Source of the DNA: Lenisia limosa
Taxonomy: Eukaryota > Protista > Breviatea
NCBI GenBank assembly: GCA_001655205.1
Contig: LPNZ01006560.1
Coordinates: 1-58,352, forward strand
Length of the DNA stretch: 58,352 nucleotides
Reading direction: 5' to 3'
The first letter of the stretch is position 1, and each line of letters starts with the position of its first letter. A program made the position numbers and the translations under genes. Below the pieces are notes generated by a model that was given only the letters and a program-made list of their open reading frames with translations, was not told where the DNA came from and did no database searches. This document shows, piece by piece, positions 49,197-58,352 of the stretch.

Positions 49197-49686
49197 TTCT
49201 ATTTCATTAGAAAGAAGAAAGAGGATAAGCGCTCTTGTAGAAGAAACATAACACAGCGTACTAATTTAATTCAGTGAGAGAAGCTACACAGCGAAATGAC
49301 TGGCAAAAGCTGCAAAATGGCAAAATGGGTTCAAAATTAGTGGAATATTGGAATAACGGAGATAAAATATTCCTTTTATTCCAGGGGGTGGTCCGAGCTC
49401 AGGGCGAATGGCGACGTCGGTTGTCAGACACACAAGCACCATCTTTTCTTTTATTATAAAATTAATGCGATGAAATGCAACCCCTTGCAACGCACAAAAA
49501 GCAAGACAGCGATAAAAAGGAGTAGCATTGTTTTTGAGATAGCTGTCACCCCCAGAATTTAAACCTTAAAAATCATTCCGAGAAAATACCGCTGAACCCA
49601 GAAAACCTTACTATGTAGTGATTTATATATACATATGAACTGCATGTAAAAGGAAAAAAGTCGGATTTAGCCAAAAGAAGAAGGAG

Positions 49687-52600
49687 ATGGAACACATCTT
49701 TCCTATCTCTTGTCTTCTTAGCCTTCTTCTCTTTGTTCAATTCGTGGAATGTCATTTTTATACATCGAGAGAACCAAATATTCTTGAGAACCTAGACTTC
49801 CTCTCGTTGCGTGCTGACCTTTCCACTCGACTCAATGTTCAGCCTCTCCACGAAGGCGCCAAGGACCCTGATAAACTGTGAGCTCTTCTAGGGAAATCAG
49901 GGTATTTCTTAATATTAAATATTGTGCTGAAGTGATATCCAAGAAGAGCACCATGAGCAATTTTGTTCTTTATCCAAATAGGCTTTATTTTTTTATTAAT
50001 TTATCTCCATATTTGAAGATGCCCATTTGACTGAAACGTTGATTGTTGGATTTCTAAATGACTACATCTTTCCGATTCCCCTGTCAACGATTTACATTGA
50101 CACGTCAGACAAGTGGCCTATTTTCTTGAGTTTGTGTCTGGAGATGTGAGCGGCTGGGTGACGGAGTTGACCGAAGGAATCATGGAGGTTTGTCAGTGTT
50201 ACCTGAGGCTTAGTTTTCTATTTTTGGTTTGTAGATCATTGAGTTTTGGGGAGGCTCTAAACCCCACCATCATGTTCATGTTTTGGAGGCTCTAAACCCC
50301 ACCATCATGTTCATGTTTTGGAGTCGCATGGCAGCACACTAGACTGCCGATATATCATATCATGAGATCTGAGAAGTATATTTACGATCCAGGCTCAAGA
50401 ATCTTTGAAGAACGAAATTCAGATCACCCAATACTCTTTTGTTGACTCACCGATGTTCATCCCGCTGTCCTGGGTGTCAGGTTACGTCACAGATTCCGAC
50501 GTCTTCATTGGGAGTTCCGACATTTTCACCGTTTCTTTCCGACAGGTGCGTCCGGGGTGCAACGAATTAATAACGTATTATTATCACTCAACATATCACT
50601 CAGCCGTATAAGTTTGGTATACTGGTTTCAACATGCTGACTTCATTTTTATGATGCAGCTTGCGGCCCAACACCCCAGCAAAGTCTTTGGTATATTTGGG
50701 CATACGGAGCCTTGTTGCGGCTCCATTCCAAACTATTTGAGGCTGGATGTAGCGCTATACGAAGCTCGGTTCCTGTCAGGAGTTATCGCTGCTGGTAGGA
50801 TGCGGGTCTGAATGTCTCTCATTCCTGTAGCCACATCAAAGACCCATCATATCGGTTACATTGCGAGCCATTTTTCAGATTATACCTCACGTACAAATGA
50901 TGCTTTTTTTCTTGGTTTGCTGGAAGGGGTTTTTGATACGAGATTTCTCATCTATTTTGTGTTTACCTTTCAGGGGTAGTTGTAGCAGACGAGTTTCTTG
51001 GAATAAATGGTCAGTCGCAAGTTCAAAATGGCTCAATGTAAGCTGCACATCTGGCTGTCATCTTTTTAGACTGCATCTTACCTATCTCAATATTGCTCAT
51101 GTTGCCGACCCTATACGTTTTGCCCAGGTGAGTTTGTCTTTCTCATAGTTGTTCCCCTGAGCTATAATTGATGACTCAATTTAGGCCTCAAGAGAAACGA
51201 TTAGAAAGTCCAATGTTGATGTGGTGGCCTTCAATGCTCTTGGTGATGATGTGGGTATCCTTTGTTTTGAAGGGGCAACTGACATGCCAGGTGTTTTATG
51301 TGGCTCTCGAGAATAACGTTATGGCTGTTGGGATCCATACAGATGCGAGGAAAGTCTTTGGCAAGTAGGCTGACACTATCAGCGTTTCTTGTGAGTGGAT
51401 GTGACGTTTCAGTTTCGTTCTGACGAGCGATCTCGAAGTCTGGGGGGAATACTTCAAGAACTTCTTCAACGCTGTGTTGTCTGGTACGATGTACGCCTAC
51501 CAAACGTCATTCAGCGACTACGGCATCACCGAGGTAGGCAAGGCCAACGGCTACAGTAATGCTGCGGATCGAGTAACTTATTCTTACAGGGGTTTGTTCG
51601 CCAAGCAACTTACTCAGATAAAGTGGGCCAAGACGCACGCGATTTAGTGCGAAGGTTGGTTGACCAGATGGCTATTGATTGTTTTGTGTGTTCTCATTGG
51701 CATTTTCTCATTTGGAAGGATCACTCTCGGCGACCCCTCAGTCTGCAAACAGCCCCTTCCATTCTGTGGAAGTCTCAATGACCGCCTTCCGTCCTTCCAC
51801 CCAAAGTCTCAATTGGGCTATTTTCACTCAAGACAGTCTTTCCACGAAAGCCTTCGTTTTGAGTCTGAAGAAGCGAGACAGCTTTACAACGTACCTGCTA
51901 ACGCCTCATCCGTTGAACCAGCGGGCGATTTCTTTGACGATTACGCAAAAATTTCCAATAAACTAATAGGTATCCTTTCCAAATAAATATAATCTGATAT
52001 GATGATCTCTTTTGTTTTGAACAGGATGTTCACTTTCTTATTTTTTTTCCTAATGACCTTGTAGTGGAACCGTTTGACATGCCATTTGATCACGTAGACG
52101 TCAGCTTCGTGTCTCAGGGCACGGCTACAGTGGGGAATGACTGGGGATCCTGACCATTTTACTTTGCTAATTGCTTTAGGAAAGTACCCTTCGCGTTATT
52201 TTCCAATGTTCACGCTTCCAATCCACCGATGTCATCATTTTGGTGGGTTAAAGAGTCCAGTCTATCTTAGGCCAATAAGCTTCTTCTTCTTTCGAAAGCG
52301 GTGACATTATAGGACCTCCCTCTTTTGATCCGAGCCGGGTCACAGCGGTTGGCCGTCACGAATATGAACTTTGATGGCAGTGTGGCGGTCTTTTGGCAGT
52401 CAACAGGAGGTGGGTGACAGGCGTGCTTTGGGCGTTGGAGCTGTTTTGTTACCGATTTAGGAGAGCTGGTTGTGCAGAGAGTGGGGGACGGCAGTGCTTG
52501 GCAGGTGAGCCCTCTGGATATCATTTCTTCATCTGTATGTTTTAAGACATTACTGTACAATCTGCCAAATTCCCCCAAATTCTTTGGATTGAACCATCAT

Positions 52601-55600
52601 AAATTTATCACTATTAGCAGCATTTCAGATTTTTTATGCCTCTAGGGTGAGGTTTATCTTGAAATCCTTGGGCTACGGGGGCCTCAAGGGGCAACAGATT
52701 GTCAGTACACCACCGTCACGCTGATGGCTAGTATCTTCGGAAAATGGGTGAAGAAGGTGAGGAAGAGAGATTGCTTGCTTTCTAATGCTTGAAATCGAGG
52801 TTACTCGCTTTCAATCACAATTTGTAGTCGGAATCAACCAGGGTAAAGATGCCTGAAGTTCAGGCATTCAACTTTGGATCTCCCTCGGTTCGTATTGAGA
52901 CCCCTCTTGTTGGTGCAACAACTAGATTGACGGTTGAAATGCTGTATGAGGTTGAAATTTTTGGACATTGTTAAATTTCTTCTATAACATGATTCCCTTT
53001 AGGTCTGAGTCAGTCCCGCCAAATACGATATTCACGTTCAAATTTCCACCAATGGTTGGCTTTTCGCTGTTTGACCATTGTCACGCATCTTATTATTATG
53101 ATATACCTTACGATTTGCTAGGTTTGTGGTTACAACGAGGATGAGTTTGGTGTCGAAGTCATTGGGTAAGGGGAGATGGGCTGTGTGCATACGTGAATTA
53201 GCTTTACCCAGGCTCATCTTGTAGACTGCCAGGCTTTGTTGACATTTTATCAGCGAAGATGGATACTGGTACCAAGTTCCTCGTGGTACGTTCTTTGCAC
53301 TTTTGCGACCTGCTTACTCCCAGGTGGATTTGCTCCGAAAAGACGCCACTGTTGTTACCCGAAACGCCGAACTGAGATTTGTGTTCCATGCGCTTCTTCT
53401 TTGCAAGTGAGAAGCTACTCTTTCATAAGGAAAAACCAGAGGCACGTATTTTGAAGTTCACTTGTGGAAACTGCCTTTAACGTGGTATTCTGACTTTTCC
53501 AGCCAATCATCTTTCATCGACACTGTGCTGATCGTGCAAAGGGCCTTCGATATCACTCAAACGGTTCGTTCAATTGTATCACAACCTAAAATGCCTCGTA
53601 TTCGTCTTAATCTTCAACAGCTCTATATTTCGGGATCCGGCGTTGTGAGTGGGTTGACGCTGTCGGACCCCTCGACTCCAACTGAATATCATATGGTTTG
53701 TTTAGTTGACTTTGGGGATTGGACGAATATTTATTCTAACGTTGTAGTGGGACTTCCTGGCTATGTTTGTGCTGATTGTTTCGATTGTCCTCTCGTCCAC
53801 CTTGGCATTCTACACAACTTACAACAAGAGAATTGTTTGGGGGATAGTTTAACGCAACACCAACGCCAATCTACCTAGTAATCATCCTGTCACCATGTCA
53901 GAGTTCGACCTTTGTTGTTAGGGGACGTAGAATACCGCCGATGTCTTCTGCAACACCGTGGAGACTGATGAAAAGGTCCTTCCCGTTGGTGCCGCATGAG
54001 AGACTAGAGTGGGGAGGGGTAGTCATTTTGGCTGAACGCAACAATAAGCTGGAGAAACAACAACAAAAACAAATCAGACACTTCTCTGTTGCTTACCTTC
54101 ACAGTATCCACATTCCATTCGGCGGAGTCACTGCGAAATGTATGGCCGGAACTTTGGTAGGATGGGTTGTCCGCATTTTCGTGATGGTGTGATGTTTGTC
54201 CCATTCTGACTGCAGGTGACGATAACTCCCTTTCCTTCCGATGCGGTTCCCGTCTTTGTGGATCTCTTGGTCGCTTCAATGAGCTCTATTGCGTAGGGGG
54301 TTGTGGCCTGGAGTGGAACCTTTGGAACTCTTATCAATACCACAGCATTCGGTACTCTGATTGATTTTCACAGCCATCCTGCTGCGTCACAAATATTTGG
54401 CTACACGCTTGCGCCTGACTCAACAATGAACCTTGTTGAAGAGCGACTTGTGCATTGGCCAAATCTGGCATGTCTTGTGGCTGCTGATATTCAGGCGACC
54501 GTGTCATTGACACCACCTGCGAGTGAAAAGGAGAACTATGGTGAGCTTGGCTGTTTTGTCAGGTCATCTGAAGAGCTTAACGAATAAATGCCATGGTCCA
54601 ATTTCCAGCGATTTCGGATTTCTTTCTCTGATTTGTCAGGACCCATGGTGCGGCATCGAAAGAGCGGAAGGGGCGGAATTGAAGTGTCCAATAAATGTTG
54701 GTAGCCTTTCTTGTTACCATTATCGCCATACCACCTAACCGTTGCAGCCGCACTACCCACTATCCCAGCATCCCCAACTGTCAACCCCATCTCCACACTG
54801 GATCCAGGCAGCCCCATCAGCCTCAACCACCTTCCGGGACGGTAGGGGTGCCATGGGGTCAGTCTGATTGTTTAGGTCTTTGCGGCTTGAAATGATCCTA
54901 CATATTGCGTCAGATGTGGCTCAGTATTTGGTACGCCTCCACCAGGGGAAGGGAGAAAGCTGGGAAATGGTTCTTGTTTCTTACTTCCCAGAACGCCCTA
55001 CACTCTGTTGGAATTTATCATGGAGCACTATGCACGGGAAACGTTTTCATCTGCGTCCCTGAAACAGATTTGGGGTAGGAGAGGATGGCTAAACAGCATT
55101 TGGTTGGAGTTGAATAATTGTTAGTTAATTGTTGGTTTGAATTATCAAATGGTTTCCTTTGACTTTCAACTCTTTGCATGTGCTGGACCCGGATAGAGCG
55201 TCTATATACATACATACATGTACATATTTATAACAGGTATTTATTCCTCCTTTAGAAGCCCGAAAGATCAGGGTTTTGTCTCTATTCCTGACTCCCTCAA
55301 ACGCCTTCATGACTTGTCCCCGGGCATCATCCCCGATAGGTGGGTAGGAAATTGCTCTTCATTTAAAGGACGAACAATCATGAGTACCTTTACGCCAATA
55401 TTGTTCATCGAAAATTCCTTCGTTTTACNNNNNNNNNNNNNNNNNNNNNNNNNNNNNNNNNNNNNNNNNNNNNNNNNNNNNNNNNNNNNNNNNNNNNNNN
55501 NNNNNNNNNNNNNNNNNNNNNNNNNNNNNNNNNNNAAGACTCAAGAGAAGAGCCAAGCTCACTGCTGACCAGGTTGGAGGTTCAATTCTTGGCTCTTACT

Positions 55601-58352
55601 GACTGCCCAGGTGTATACCGACATTATATCAGTTGCACGTTTGATTGTGGACATGCTTCGTGGAACTGAAGTTTCTCGAGCCTTCCCTCAGCTGCCCCTG
55701 CCGCCTGTCTTGCCTCCTCCCGGTATGCCTTCTTCCACTTTCAACCTATTACGATCCAATTGGACCGTTGTCACTTCTTAGAAACTGGAGCACCCATCGT
55801 GAAGAACGGCTGGCTTGGTCTGCCGAATCTTGGCGTGAGTTCTCATGTCCTTTGTAAGGGCCTCACGTTCTAGGTGTGGCTTCCTCCCTCTCTTCCGGAC
55901 TCCCTCATCAACCTCCTTGAGTCATGCGCATCGCCCAACTCAAAGATTACAATGACACAGGTGGCAACAAGGCTTCAAAACTCCAAGTGAGTTGGACGGT
56001 GGACTACCAGAATGGCCGATTTTGAATTAATGAAATGGAATTGATCCTTCAGGCGGCAAATGGCAGTGGAGCGTCATGCTGTGCGCCTCAATGAACAGGT
56101 GTGTACGGGTCAAAGGTGTTTGTTTTATCAAGGCTTCGTGCCGAAGAAAAACAAAACAATGTCCACTTGATCCATTGATATCGATTTTCACTCCGATATT
56201 GATGGATCAAGTGGACATTGTAACAATTATCATACTGTCAGTCTGTAAGTCATTTTGATCTTCTAGGTTCTGGAGAGAACAGCCGAACTGCGGCACAGTG
56301 AAACTACAGCAAGACGATTCTTGGCAAATATTAGCCACGAACTGGTACGGTCCTTCTCTTGTCTTCTGATCTTTAGCGGACCCCCCTGAACGGTGTCCTG
56401 GGTATGACGGACCTTCTGATAGACACCGGATTCCAGGATGAGCAACAGGCACACTACGCCGGTGTGGGGGATATCTCGGACTCTTAGGATGATTCGTGCG
56501 TTGTCTTCATATTCATCATTGAATGCTCACAGTTAAACGGAAGGTTTTGTTCGGATCCACATTTAGACAAGTGACACTGTAGATGTCATTCGAACTTCCG
56601 GACAAGCTCTTGAGAGGATCCTTAATGATGTCCTTGACTTATCCAAGGTATGGATGAGTGTGTTGAGTAAGCTCGAAATTGGATCTGTCGCTTTCTTACA
56701 ATCGATAAGAGCTTGAATCAGAATTGACCCTGTAGTACCACGCGTCCAAGTTTGACTTATGCCCCCATCGAATGGGAATACGGTCTACCGTGGATGAGGC
56801 CGTTCGGATCTTTTCACTAAGGTGAGTGTTCTTTTTCTTCATAAAACATGACCCATTTTCGGCTTGAGAGATTGGTTCGTAATTAGGGCTTCACTTCGGT
56901 TCGAAAAAAGACTAAATTTCTCGATAAATCCTAATGCATTAGGGCTGAAGAGAGGGGAATCCGATTAGTGGTGCACATCGACAGTGCAGTGCCCGAGGTA
57001 AGGCTATTAAAGGGGTTCAAATGTGATTTCTGTAGGACGTATTCGGAGACGCTGGAAGGGTGAAACAAGTCATTTGTAACCTTCTGTCAAATGCAGTCAA
57101 GTTCACTTCCTCGGGTTTGTGGTCATCGTTATTTTCGTTTTCTATTATGTTCCTGGTGTATCTAAATTTTGCTCTTAGATATTTGTGTAACCTGCCCCTT
57201 TAGGTGGGTCAGTGCGAGTGGATGTAACGCCAACAAATGTCCCCTATGCCGCGGAGTCCTACTCGGTTGGTGCACCTTGGTTAAGATAGTCTCCACATCT
57301 CTGCAAAATTGTGCATATCATACGACAAGAACCACACTGTTTAACCTTTGACTGTTTAGGGTCCGCCATCAGCTGAAGCCTGTCGTAAGTTGGGGATCTT
57401 TGGGGTGTACATACATAGCTTTCTAAAACAAGTACATGCATGTTCAAAACAGCAATATTTATGTGTTTTTTTGGTCTAAAGCCCTTATCATTGCTATTCA
57501 GGCGACATGTGTCCCCTTCCCACCTCCATGGACTGCGGTCTCTTCTGCCCTTCAAGCCCTGGTGAGTCGAAATACGGTCCTGTTCTCATGGCTGCTAAGA
57601 GCTCACTGTTTTGATGAGCCTCGTTTTTCTCTACACAATAATGTTTTTTTCAGTTCATGTAATTCCGTTTTACTCCTCAGCATCACGATGTCGTCACCTT
57701 TCTTTCACGGACGAACCAAAAGTTGGCAGTTTTTTTAATGTGAATGATTTTCATAACTTTGTTACAAGTTTTAAGTGTAGTTACCCGCCAACGCAGTGAC
57801 ATTTTAGACTGCACCCACTCGGCGGCGATGTGTGTCGGGTGTACCGCCTCTCAACTCCGTCACGCTCCAAAGCCTCCGCACTTTAAAGGTATCATCCTGG
57901 CAATTCAAAGAATGCATTAACTTCCCGCTGCTTCTCACTTACCACATTAGGAAACCCGAGTTGACACAGCAGCCTGGATGGAGAGCCCATTTCCAGCAGA
58001 GCCCGATTCCGATTTTGATAGTCAACAGGCCACTTCCGACACCTCTTCCGACAACTCGGAGTACCCCATGGCTCGGCTGGATATTGAGATTGACCCCCAG
58101 AGTGAAACCTCTTCCAGTGCTGGTACGTCCTTTTGGTCCTCATGGTTCTCTTGTTCGTATACTCCATTTGTGCTGTCACCCTCCACTCCACTGCTCTTGT
58201 TTTTCATAGTGATACGTTGTATTTTGTTCATCCCCTCCCCTCCCCTCACCCCGGGTTGAAAATATAGTATCATAAGAAACATGATTTTTCAAAAAGTGGG
58301 CGCGGTTTTGTTGGTCCACCTATATAATATATATATCATATATATATATCAT
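49687..58352 (+). CDS. Receptor histidine kinase: signal peptide - BMP/PnrA-type binding domain - beta-rich ectodomain - TM - TKL-like pseudokinase - S-helix - HisKA - HATPase (3' end beyond window)
   Basis: Signal peptide [22 protein letters not shown]; BMP motifs [24 protein letters not shown]...[34 protein letters not shown]; [24 protein letters not shown] (53748-53815); kinase-fold motifs at 53960-55990; VLERTAEL...FLANISHEL|[14 protein letters not shown]...[10 protein letters not shown]; N-box [21 protein letters not shown] (57036-57105). Confidence 0.85.
50245..50322. repeat. ~36-bp perfect tandem duplication in an intron
   Basis: gaggctctaaaccccaccatcatgttcatgttttg occurs twice in tandem. 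Confidence 0.85.
56884..56932. mobile_element. Truncated second copy of the 35926 hAT-type MITE, intronic
   Basis: tagggcttcacttcggttcgaaaaaagactaaatttctcgataaatcct closely matches 35926-35974; no TSD is visible. Confidence 0.65.

Overview
Intron-rich nuclear DNA from a gappy draft assembly of a eukaryote that is probably flagellated (it encodes the axonemal protein DRC10/IQCD). The genetic code appears standard and many introns are only about 25-60 nt. I spliced the exons by hand from GT-AG boundaries, so exon edges and gene ends are approximate and no database search was run. The window holds about 15 protein genes: the 3' part of a TPC/voltage-gated cation channel, DRC10, farnesyltransferase alpha, a HAMP plus degenerate nucleotidyl-cyclase receptor, a 3-RRM protein, an ACOT9-like thioesterase, an LRR protein, a membrane thioredoxin, EBP2, a giant STIG1-like Cys-rich surface protein, TatD, three orphans and a large receptor histidine kinase. 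It also holds one tRNA-Arg(ACG), a decayed Penelope-like retroelement and a small hAT-type MITE. The main candidate for a new system is the last gene (49687 to beyond the window end): signal peptide, bacterial-type BMP/PnrA solute-binding domain, beta-rich ectodomain, one TM helix, a catalytically dead TKL-like pseudokinase, a signalling helix and an intact HisKA/HATPase. This is the layout of animal natriuretic-peptide receptor guanylyl cyclases with a two-component histidine kinase as the output.
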